Of a stretch of 45,801 nt of DNA, positions 36,901 to 45,801 are shown one piece after another. Numbering within the stretch: the stretch's first letter is position 1; each line of letters opens with the position of its first letter. The DNA is from Octopus bimaculoides. Its lineage: Eukaryota. The translations under genes were made by a program, and so were the position numbers. The stretch lies in the NCBI RefSeq assembly GCF_001194135.2, contig NC_068986.1, positions 90,286,945 through 90,332,745 of the forward strand. Reading direction: 5' to 3'. The notes beneath the pieces were generated by a model. That model was not told where the DNA came from and did no database searches. It was given only the letters and a program-made list of their open reading frames with translations.

Positions 36901-39900
36901 CAACCCTCACCTTACTGACAGCATTCCTGTACATGGCTTGTATAGCTCTCACCAACCACTCATCTATCCTTAGTTTCCACACTGACCACCGGATATGGGA
37001 TCAGGGGAGCCTGTCAATGGTTTTCTGCATGTCAACAAAAGCCAAGTAAAGAGGTTTATTTTTGGTCAGGAATTTCTCCTGCAGCTGCCTTACCAGAAAT
37101 ATAGCATCAGTGGTGCTTTTCCCTAGCACAAACATAAACTGCATTTCATTTAAACTATCTCTAATTAGTTGGGCTATGATCCTTTCCTTGACTTTCATCA
37201 CCTGATCCAACAACTTGAAACCTCTGTAATTATTTCTATCTAATGCATCACCTTACCTTTGTAACAGTTGACTATGGTGCTGCTACACCAGTCATTGAGT
37301 ATGACTCCTCTGTGTATCACCTGGTTAACTATAAGGGTGACTGGACAATAGCCTACACTGCAGGATATTTTAAGCATCTCAGCAGTGATTCCTGATGGGG
37401 TGGGCTNNNNNNNNNNCTACTTTATCTACCAAGGTACTGTCAATTCGAATAGCTGGTCCCTCTGTTGGGTCGACATTTGGCAGACTCTCTTTCTCTCATT
37501 CAGCAACCTTTCATAGTGGCATCTCCAAGTCTCTCTCTTTGTAGCATCATTAAATGCAAGTGAGCTGTCATCCACGCGGACACGTTTCTCAATGACATCG
37601 TGATTTTCTTTCACACACTGTCTTGCAATTCAAAACACTTCAAGTCTCTGGTCCTCATGAAGCAGGACATTAGCAGTTTTGACATTGTTTCTACAGCTGA
37701 ATGCCCTTCCTAACCCCAAACACTTTACAGAATATACTGGGTGCATTCTTTGTGGTATCAGCACTATCTCGATTGTTGTATTCTTCATGACAATCTCTGT
37801 AACATTTTTAATGATTATTTAAACTTACACACCCATCCAACTAGTATCAGTTTAGAAAATCAATAATTACAAAAGTCAAAATATTTGAGGTAAGGAAATA
37901 AAGAAGAGAATTAAATAATTAAAAATAATTATACCTCCACAAAGTTTGTATGTTTGGCATCTCTGACGGTAACCACAGCATGCACTTCCTCAATCAGCTT
38001 TTGCTTTTCATCATCATCAAAGTGCATGTACCATTTGGCTAAACGGGTTTTACCAGCTCTGTTCTGGATTAGAATGAAACGAATCTGCAAGAAAAAAGAA
38101 AAATCCAATTTGGATAGAAGCATTAGAATATATTTTTGACATCATGAGGACCATTTTGTCTCAACACTTAATCAGATCATCTGTAATGTGATGTTGCACA
38201 TTTTAGGGCCAACTGTCATCCACAAATGAGTATGGTTTGATAACATGTACCATGCTTTTGCGAATTGTTTCGGGTGCCTATGTAACTATCAGCAGAGATA
38301 AATACTCTTTTGATTCTCCCACTTTTTGACCTAGTAACACATCTAGGATGTGACAGCTGGAAGGACAGAGAGCTGCATCAGCATTTGGCTGGTACTCATT
38401 TTTAGAGGAACAAAGAGAAGTGAAGTGCCTTGTTCAAAGACACATTGCACATTATCACACATATGCACAACTATATAGGTTTCTGCTTAATTAAAAATAA
38501 AAATGATTTGGTAGCTGAATGACATCTAACTTTTACCTTTTACTTGTTTCAGTCTGCAGTCATGTTGAGGCACTGCCTTGAAGAATTTTAGTTGAATGAA
38601 CCAATCCCAGTACTACATTTTATTTTAAGCTGAACTGCTAAGTTACTGAGCTGTCAGGTGGTGGTTGGGGGACAAAACACAGGCACTAAGACACACATAT
38701 AGGTATATATGTGATGGGCTTCTTTCAGTTTCTGTCTATCAAATCCACTCACAAGTAATTGCTTGGCCAACGCTGAAGTGGCAGACACTTGCACAAGGTA
38801 CCACACAGTGGGACCAAACCTGGAACTATGTGGATGGGAAGCAAACGTCTTACCACACAGCCTTGTATCCACAGAAACAAGGTGACCCTGGTCAATGTCA
38901 ACATGATTCAATCATCCAACATCTTGTGAGTTTCATCATTGATTATTATTTAATTGATTCTTCAAACAAAATTTTACATCTACCATAATGCTTGTCAAAG
39001 CTTCTGATGGCGATTCTCATTCAGCTTAATCTTTAACTTCAGACCTGCTCAGCTTGGTTAGACTTACCATGAGTAAGACTCATGATGGTATAAAGTTGTA
39101 GGACATGCAAGTGTCACTAGCAAGATTAAGATGAGAATCATTGGTGGGGTAAATAAAATAGCTTTAAGCAAAACACAGGTAAGGGATGAGATAATTTAGA
39201 TTTTGGGTAGTGTGTGTGTGTATGCTGAATTATTTTTTAAATAAAGGTAGAAATCTGTTTAAGTGTATATGATATACAAGGAGCAAGACCTTGTGAATGG
39301 ATTTGGTAGTTGGGAATTGAAATAAGCCTATTGTATGGTTGTGTAGTTAAGAAGTACCCTTTAGAGCCAAATGGTTAGGGGTCCAGTTCCATTATGTGGA
39401 CACAGTTGGCTAGTGTCCTCTACTAATACTATAGCAGCAGGTCAATCAATACCTCATGAGTGAAACTGGTAGATGGAAACTGAAGGAACATTATTGTATA
39501 CATGTATATGTGTAAATGTGTGAGTGAGTCTGTATTTTCCTTCATCTTTACATGATTGCAAACAAGAGCCTCATTGTCGATGCAGTGTCATCTAATTGCA
39601 GTCCATTGCAAAAGTATGTCTGGGTTTCTTGACATTGCGCACTGTTTGTTAAGAATAGCCTCACCATTCATACAAAGTGTTGTTTGGTTGTAGTCCTTTG
39701 CAAAAAGCATGCCTGGGATGTTCATTATGTGATAGACTAAGGGATAACCTTGCTTGGAAACAAGATGAGAGTTGGCATCAGGATGTGTGTTCAGCCATAG
39801 AAAACTCTACCTCAATGTTGTCACCTCTGACTCATGCAAGCAAGGAAAAGTAGATGTTAAAACAATGCAAAAAATACAGACAGTCATACATGTGCATGTG

Positions 39901-41714
39901 CATCTGTGTATTTGTTTACAGTTGTGCTCCACTGAAAATTGTTCAGCTATGGGCTGTGATGATTTACCATGTCATCTGCTGGCTTTGCACCTTTGAAAAC
40001 TGTTGGGATAAAATACCTCTTACTTGAAATATAGGTAAGGGTTAGTGACAGGAAGGGCATCTGGCTCTAAAACAATGTCTCAATAATATATTTGCCTAAT
40101 CTATGTTAGCATATATAAAAAAAAACAGATGGAAAATGAATTGAATGAACATTAGTGCTGTAAGTTTAGACATTGTGCATTGTACAAGTTTTATTTAGAG
40201 TACCAGCTAATTTATTACTTTTATGATAGCCAGGAGGAGGAAAAGTATCACCCAGATGACATTTAATAGAGCCTTTCAAGACTGGAATCCTAGCCAGAAT
40301 GCTTGTAACAGACTGAACTCTCTTGAAGGGTCCCAAGAATCAGGTGGGTGATTTAAGTGGCTGATATTCCAAAAACAGGAACAGCATTCCAATACACTTC
40401 CTGTTGACCACATGTCAATCACTAGGCTATGGTTGACCTAGTGTTGTGAAATGAAACTGAAAATGAAGCCACTCATTGGTGAAATAAACTTCTTATTACA
40501 CAGCTATGCTTGCATTCTGTTTGAAGTTCACTAAACCATACTCTTTGTAATTTAGAACTCTATTTGAAAGATTTAGGAGGCTGGAACCTATACATTGCTT
40601 ATCATCGGAAGGGTATGAATACTATAATTTCATCTTTCTGCTTCATCTATCATTAATACAAAAGCTTCTGCTCTTTTGAACAAGCTATCTTGGATACTTT
40701 CTTTAGGTATTTCCTTACAGATGTACTTATCTCTTCAGTTAAAAGAGGGCTTGTAAAGATCAAGGGCACTATTCCATCTGTGAACTCTGAAAGACATGTC
40801 AGACTAGCGAATAAAGTGATTGCTATGAGAAAGAAGAGTGCTTGGCTAATAAAAGCAAACACTGAAATATGTACTGGCCTTTGAAGAATACAATATAATG
40901 TTATTACAGTGTCATGGGGGCTTCCTGGAAATGTGCAAGTACTGCTGCATTTTATTGCAGTTAAGGAAAGAACTAGGTGAAGGTATAAAGCTTTCAGAAA
41001 GCAATCAGTAATATAAGTTGTATAACAAGGTATAGCTGTGTGATCAAGAAGTTCACTTTCACATGGTTTTGGGTTCAGTCCTACCGCACGCCACCTTGGG
41101 CAAGTGCCTACTACTATAGTGCTGGGGCTGATCAATTTCTTGCTTGTGTCTTTGTATTTGTGTCTCACCCTCACCGCTTTACAACTGGTATTCGGTAAAA
41201 TATATCGTTAGATAAGTACTGAGGGGCGATTTGTTCGACTATGCTAACGACGCGATTCTGAAGTACGGCCTTGTAGAGTTAGTCCAATTATTGAAACAGA
41301 ATTGTCAATTTAATCCTGGTGATTGACTTGGGACTCTCCGGGTTTGAAACTTGTGGCCGATCGATGACGTTACATTCGGACGTTGGTCAATACACGCCTT
41401 TGTTTTCCCGAAGAATTTGGTATATTAATTGAATATTGTTTCTCGTGTGGCAACAGTATACCAGAGCAGTTTATGTAGGTATTAACAAAACAACGGTTTA
41501 CATACGTGCTGAGAATATGTAAGTAGACACACACGGAGTGAGAGGGAGTAATAAACGGTTAACAGGTAGATATTTAAAGGTTAAAGTGATTTACTATACA
41601 CAAACACACACATCTATACATCTCTCTCTATATATTTGTTCGAAGGTGATGATTTACAGCGCTGCTACTCAGAGTTTCTCGATATATATATGTGTGTATA
41701 TATATATATGTGTG

Positions 41715-41761
<47 letters not shown>

Positions 41762-42081
41762 TACCAGAGCGAGAGAGAGCGTGGATATTTTCACAGCTAT
41801 TCAGCTGCATTCGAGATTTCCTGAATTTATATATATATATATTGTTATCAAGGAGAAAGCAGATCATTTTGTATACTCATACAGGAATTCGTAGCTATGG
41901 TAAGCCTCAACTACAGTAATACACAAAACTGTAGTGATCTGACAGCATGACTCGGTGTTAAGATCAAAGCGGAGTTTAATCTACAATTATATATACAAAT
42001 ATTTACAGCTGTACATATATCTTTATATATTTACATCAAAATAAAATAGATTTAACAAGGTAGAATAGATAAACTCACCAT
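31009..42081 (-). CDS. AP2S1: AP-2 complex subunit sigma, spliced CDS join(42079-42081, 37935-38084, 33973-34146, 31009-31110), 142 aa
   Basis: Manual splicing gives [142 protein letters not shown]. It is the same length as human sigma2 and differs at about 7 residues (from memory). All introns are GT-AG, phase 0 (3994, 3788, 2862 nt). Confidence 0.97.
31190..31660 (+). mobile_element. Two adjacent SINE remnants in AP2S1 intron 3 (antisense to the gene)
   Basis: A GGTAAAAAGTTTG..CAAAGCTTTGTGAG head, followed by a second tRNA-like head and a TCAAAGGGCCAGCCTTGTCACA body shared with the 25449 SINE. Confidence 0.7.
31721..31888 (+). mobile_element. RTE-LINE 3' tail copy A, (GAT)n end
   Basis: ACTCTC.GAGTGGTTGGC.TTAGGAAGGGCATCCAGCTGTAGAAAC...CATGGAAAGCGGACGTTAAAC(GAT)n. 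Confidence 0.85.
32960..33119 (-). mobile_element. RTE-LINE 3' tail copy B (inverted relative to A and C)
   Basis: Its reverse complement aligns by eye with copies A and C over about 160 nt with few differences. Confidence 0.85.
33563..33749. mobile_element. hAT-Charlie MITE in AP2S1 intron 3
   Basis: Ends (T/C)AGTAGTTCTCAA..TAGGGAAACACTG with 8-bp TSD CTCTAGAT (33555-33562) / CTCTATAT (33750-33757), fitting the NTCTAGAN preference. Confidence 0.75.
33973..34146 (-). CDS. AP2S1: AP2S1 coding exon 3 (174 nt, FRNFK...FNFYK)
   Basis: Acceptor TTTTTTAG|TTT, donor AAG|GTAAAG. Contains the YRRYAGLYF and [10 protein letters not shown] sigma-adaptin motifs. Not in the supplied ORF track. Confidence 0.97.
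34527..34893 (+). mobile_element. RTE-LINE 3' tail copy C with GC-rich GGCAC/GTGCC mini-repeats
   Basis: Shared tail 34731-34893 ending in (GAT)n, preceded by repeated GGCAC..GTGCC short inverted units. Confidence 0.85.
36379..36555 (+). mobile_element. SINE 5' part abutting the RTE LINE tail
   Basis: GGTGCAGGAGTAGCTGTGTGATAAGAAGCTTGC..GGTTCAATCCCACTG..GGAAACTGAAAG. Confidence 0.75.
36556..37670 (-). mobile_element. RTE-clade LINE fragment (reverse transcriptase domain plus own 3' tail) in AP2S1 intron 2
   Basis: Frameshifted translation [85 protein letters not shown]. It is joined to a 3' end finishing in (GAT)n and contains a 10-N gap. Confidence 0.9.
37935..38084 (-). CDS. AP2S1: AP2S1 coding exon 2 (150 nt, IRFIL...TNFVE)
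   Basis: Acceptor TTTTTTCTTGCAG|ATT, donor GAG|GTATAA. Encodes 50 codons including Arg15. Confidence 0.97.
41683..41760. repeat. (TA)n microsatellite in AP2S1 intron 1
   Basis: Direct observation. Confidence 0.95.
42079..42081 (-). CDS. AP2S1: AP2S1 coding exon 1 (ATG only)
   Basis: Minus strand reads CATA-ATG|GTGAGT, a consensus donor right after the ATG. Exon 2 starts at Ile2 in phase 0, and an ATG-only first coding exon is the known vertebrate AP2S1 layout. It lies next to promoter-like motifs. Confidence 0.85.
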
Positions 42082-42200
42082 TATGAAAATTATGCCTACC
42101 GCCCACTGACCGCAATGCGCATGTGCAAATTTACTGAACCGACTTCCTGTTAGAAACTCATTGAATGTGGAGGAGATATTTTACTATGGAAGCACATCAT
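42082..42200 (-). promoter_or_regulatory. AP2S1 5' UTR/core promoter with NRF1-like and ETS-like motifs
   Basis: TGCGCATGTGCA at 42116-42127 (NRF1 consensus TGCGCATGCGCA, one mismatch) and ACTTCCTGT at 42142-42150 (ETS core GGAA on the minus strand), within 70 nt of the ATG in a CpG-retaining zone. The TSS itself is not visible. Confidence 0.55.
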
Positions 42201-42844
42201 GCAATTAAAATCATTATTTCCAAATTAATGTTTACATTGCTATACATGATATTACGATATCATCGTATAGTATAGTGTACTAAATAAAAATCACTAATTT
42301 TGTACTGTACCTATTTTGTTTTACGATGTCCGTCTGCCACCAAATGTATTATTTGTAGTCTAATAGTTATTTTTCTTCTTTTTTCCTATTTTCCTTTTGT
42401 TATTTCTTCGCTCAAGTTTGTTTTCTTCGGTTTTTGATTTGTATTTTGATGTGGGTCAATTATCTAATTAAGTACGTGCACCTTTTATGTATAAGAAACA
42501 CACATACATTTTTTTTTATGAAGCTATGTAACAACACACGTGCTTTTCTCAGACCATTCTTTTGTTTCTCTCCGGATATTTCATCTCCCCTCTTTCTGAC
42601 GAAGAGCCACGCTCGAAACGTTATACACACCCTCTTTCCATCTTAAAAGAAGCATCAACTATATACATTTACAGTGTACGTCCTTTTGACTTTTGTTGTT
42701 TTTATTTTTATTTTCTATTTGCATGTATGTAAGTATGTGTGTGTGTGTGTGGTCTAAGAGTTCATAAGTCAGGAAAAAATGCACTCGTATATCTGTCATT
42801 AGATATACAAAGTGTACAGTGTTATATATATCCATTACGGCCGA

Positions 42845-42967
42845 TCTTACCAATCGGGCTCAGGCTAGGGATTCAACGAACGGCTACCTCCGATGAGCGT
42901 AGGGTTACATAATCGGATTGTTACCTAACACTCCGTTGAATCTCTAACGCGAAACCGATTGGTAAGA
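42845..42967 (+). ncRNA. Structured RNA resembling a degenerate type III hammerhead ribozyme
   Basis: Perfect 13-bp closing stem (42845-42857/42955-42967), core CCGATGA-stem II-GAAA, TC before stem I, and a possible 8-bp loop I-loop II pairing. Deviations are U4->C and 2 extra nt before the UH site. Folded by eye only. Confidence 0.4.
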
Positions 42968-42983
42968 AAATGTACACGTTGGA

Positions 42984-42985
<2 letters not shown>

Positions 42986-43027
<42 letters not shown>
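42986..43027. repeat. (GT)n microsatellite between the hammerhead-like fold and the ORF1-like frame
   Basis: Direct observation. Confidence 0.95.
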
Positions 43028-43028
<1 letters not shown>

Positions 43029-43059
43029 TGTCTAATGTCATCTGTTTATTTTTGTCTTA

Positions 43060-44736
43060 CACTTTCAGAAACTCATTTAGTCACAATGTAGAAAACAATA
43101 TACTGGGGACCCCACTACACCATGCCCTGACTAGCACTGGACTCCCAAAATCGTCGCCAGCCTTGGACAATTGTCCAGTGTGCTCATGCCTCAAGGCAGC
43201 GGTCCCAACATTTTCTGTACCACGGACCAGTTTCATGCAAGACAATTTTTCAAGGAACGAGGCTCATGCATATAGCATTACACAATAAAGTGTACAATAT
43301 ATAACTTAATTCTAACATATATAATGCAAAACACCCTGCAGACTACGATGGACAATAAACTAGAAATAAAATAATTTTTTGTTTTCTTTTCTGTGCGGCC
43401 CGTTACCAAATGATCCACCGTTTGGTATTGGTCTTTGATCCGGTAGTTGGAGCCTGTTGGCTTAAGGCGACACTGAATATCCATCAGTGGAGGTAAGGTT
43501 CGCTAGCGAGCAAGAAGCGATAAACCACTCCAACATGTCGCTAAGGACACCAGAGTGGGTACTTCTGCCGACTTACTGAGGCAAACGACTGGCCAGGGTA
43601 AGGATAGGCAGAGTACACCCAGAGATTGAGGGGGCGTGGCTGGTGGCAGCTATTATGTACAATATGGAGGAGGAGGCGAAAGTTTTAAAAGTAACGACGA
43701 AAGAGGTAAACTGAGGGGGATACGGTTTCGAGGTGGCGGTCCAGGTCAGTTTGCAAGACTTGCACAAAATAGCGGAGGAGGTGATACTGCCGGAGGAAGT
43801 GAAATTAAGAGTAGTGGTGGAGGGAGGACCTCCAGCCTGTTACCAGTGTGGAATAAGGGGATACATGAGAGCAAGGTGTCCCCAGAATGACGAGAAAGGT
43901 GAACAGGAACAACAGCAACAGGGTGACGAGCAGGAGAAAAATGCCGAAGTGGCGACCCCAGAGAAGGTGGAGGAGGAACATACGGGGGTAAATAGGAAAA
44001 AGAAAAGGATGGAAAACGTGGACTCACTGCCAAAGAGTCCACTAAAGAAAAGGAAAGAAAATGAACAAGAAGAGACACAGCAGAAGATTCAAAGAATACC
44101 AACAAGCGAAACCAACGTAGAAACCCAAGTGGAAAAACAGGAACAAGTAACAAAACAAGAACCAAAAAAAGAAATGGTGTATGGTGACATATTCCAAAAA
44201 CACGGAAATTGAAAAGAAAATAACCAAAATGTTGTCGGTGGTGAGAGTGAAGTTAACAACGGAATATTATCCAGAGAACACTACGGCAATTGTAATTGAC
44301 CAAGAGAGATGTGCAAGATTGAGAGAATTATTTGGAAATAAGATAGACCCAGCTGGAGTACGCGTGGGATTTGATGACTTGCCGCCTGTAATACATTATG
44401 AGGACCTAATACCGTACATAAAATGGTGAAAAAAGAAGAGGGAAACAGGGAAAAATAAAGGAAAAAAGGTAAGTTGATGTTTGGAATTTTAATGACTATA
44501 AAACTGAGACAAAAAGGGAAAAAAAGAGAAAAAAGAAAAAGATATAAAAACATTTAACTGAAGCATTTAAAATGATACTGCTTGCGAGTAGGAAGCATGC
44601 AGCCGTTTCACCTCCATTATTATAATTCATCCTTCATTCGTTCTGTATTTTATGTTTTTATGTCCCCACTGTAGTGTCCTGTCTGTCCTAGTGCTGTTCC
44701 TCTGTGTTATGGCCGTAGTGCCAAAATAAAGAATCA
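43060..44736 (+). mobile_element. Decayed non-LTR retroelement with gag/ORF1-like zinc-knuckle frame and poly(A)-signal 3' end, no ORF2 visible
   Basis: One frame reads ...VEVRFASEQEAINHSNMSLRTPEWVLLPTY*GKRLARVRIGRVHPEIEGAWLVAAI...EVN*GGYGFEV...VVVEGGPPACYQCGIRGYMRARCP, a CX2CX4(H>Y)X4C knuckle at 43838-43879. An E/K/Q-rich tract follows, then a frameshifted tail to 44429. Stops at 43577 and 43712; AATAAA at 44725-44730. Confidence 0.7.
43197..43459. mobile_element. hAT-Charlie (MER1-like) MITE
   Basis: Left end CAGCGGTCCCAACATTTTCTGTACCACGGACCAGTTTCATGCAAGACAATTTTTC resembles MER1/Charlie3-type termini as I recall them. Right end is degenerate (..GTTGGAGCCTGTTG). Imperfect 8-bp TSD CCTCAAGG (43189-43196) / GCTTAAGG (43460-43467). 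Confidence 0.7.
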
Positions 44737-45539
44737 CTTTGGTGCCAGACCTTTTAAGGTCTAGCCACTGACCATGAAGATACAGCCAGTTCCAGCGACG
44801 ACACCACTACCACAGTAGCTACGTTGAGACTTGCCAGCTTCGTCACCATGGCATTCAACAGTATTATGGCAACCTCCTTCTTCGTCGCCACCATCATGTC
44901 CTTCTTAACGTCGTCAACATCATCTCCCTACACAGCTCAGCAAGCAACTCACCCATGTTCCAACAGTTCACTGTTTATGAATTATTTCATTACAGATCAA
45001 CAGCGACTGGACAACGCGTTGTGTTCTTGAGCAAAACACTTCATTTCACGTTGATCAAGTCCACTCAGTTGGCAAAAATGAGTAATCCTGCGACGGACCG
45101 GCTTCCTGTCCATGAAATTTTTTTCCCACGAAAGTTCTGGACCCTTGTAATGAATTCATTTGCATACAGCCAATCAGAGCTCACATTGACCAGTGTTGTA
45201 AGTCGACCTATCACTAAGTTATGCCTGATTTTAGGAGACAAGTGATTAGATAGATTTGCATCTATATCTATTATCGGATTTTGTTAGGACCCCATATAGT
45301 AAAGATGTGGATAGGGAAAATGTGGGTAGTGGGTGATGTGTTAGCAACCCTCTCCCCTTACTGTTTTACAAAGTAATGATGTGGTCTCTGTTTTTTTTTC
45401 TTTTTGCATTTCAGCGCTTTTGATCTTGAACTGAACTATTCAAGAGTTTATCTTCTTTATATTGTTTTGCTCTATTCCCTCTGCCGTTTTGGAGGATGTC
45501 GCATGTGTGTGATTCATTAAACATCTTTGATAGAGCTCA

Positions 45540-45801
45540 GTAAAGTTTTGTCACCTTTCTTTTTTTTTCTTCTCTCCCTCTTTTTTCCTTTTTTCCTCCC
45601 TCCCCCACGTATTCTTGTATATTCGTTGCTCTTTATCTCCCAATCACCGGCGACTGCCGATTGGTGGGGTTGCCACCACTTTAATCTATCCATTTTTGGT
45701 GGCGGAGACATGCATCGAACGACCAAGAGACCTGCCTGGTGGAGATTAACCTCTGACCTCTCATTCTCCACCGACTTCGGTACGCTCGAAAGAAGCTAAC
45801 C
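45540..45801 (-). mobile_element. Possible 3' end of an L1/Tx1-like ORF2 with purine-rich 3' UTR, running off the window
   Basis: CpG-rich segment reading SFFRAY..(K)SVENERSEV, loosely like Tx1 ORF2 C-termini, followed by a GA-rich tract. Weak match. Confidence 0.3.

Noticed and set aside
40653-41174. 173-aa minus-strand ORF in AP2S1 intron 1
   Set aside because: Its N-terminal part is the antisense of a SINE and the rest has no recognisable motif.
42866-42946. Twister ribozyme (type P3) reading of the structured element; CCTAACACTCC resembles the rice twister 5' segment and the topology roughly fits
   Set aside because: The L4 AAG-C motif, the T2 GC pair and the catalytic G of L1 are all missing. 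The hammerhead reading needs fewer changes.
43746-44165. 139-aa hydrophobic minus-strand ORF
   Set aside because: It is the antisense shadow of the purine-rich E/K/Q tract of the ORF1-like frame.
44725-44760. LTR end plus primer-binding site (..AATCA CTT TGGTGCCAG)
   Set aside because: No second LTR copy, no clear tRNA 3' complement, and no gag-pol downstream.

Overview
This is AT-rich, repeat-dense eukaryotic DNA with six N-gaps. The SINE/LINE content and (TA)n/(GAT)n microsatellites point to an octopod cephalopod, probably Octopus (inferred, not database-checked). The only host gene I can support is a complete minus-strand AP-2 complex sigma subunit gene (AP2S1): four coding exons at 42079-42081, 37935-38084, 33973-34146 and 31009-31110, giving 142 aa, with all introns GT-AG and phase 0. 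The rest is layered transposon debris: tRNA-derived SINEs, RTE and BovB-like LINE pieces, a CR1/L2-like RT fragment, three restriction-like-endonuclease (HERO/NeSL-type) LINE remnants, a pogo DDE fragment, and hAT, piggyBac-type and Tc1-type MITEs. The most unusual region lies just upstream of AP2S1 on the opposite strand. It holds a 123-nt element (42845-42967) that folds like a degenerate type III hammerhead ribozyme with a possible loop-loop pseudoknot. This is followed by a decayed gag/ORF1-like zinc-knuckle frame with a poly(A)-signal end and no reverse transcriptase, which could be a ribozyme-capped, ORF1-only non-autonomous retroelement. Near-identical inverted LINE tails also flank AP2S1 exon 3. 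No gene could be firmly assigned in 1-28 kb.
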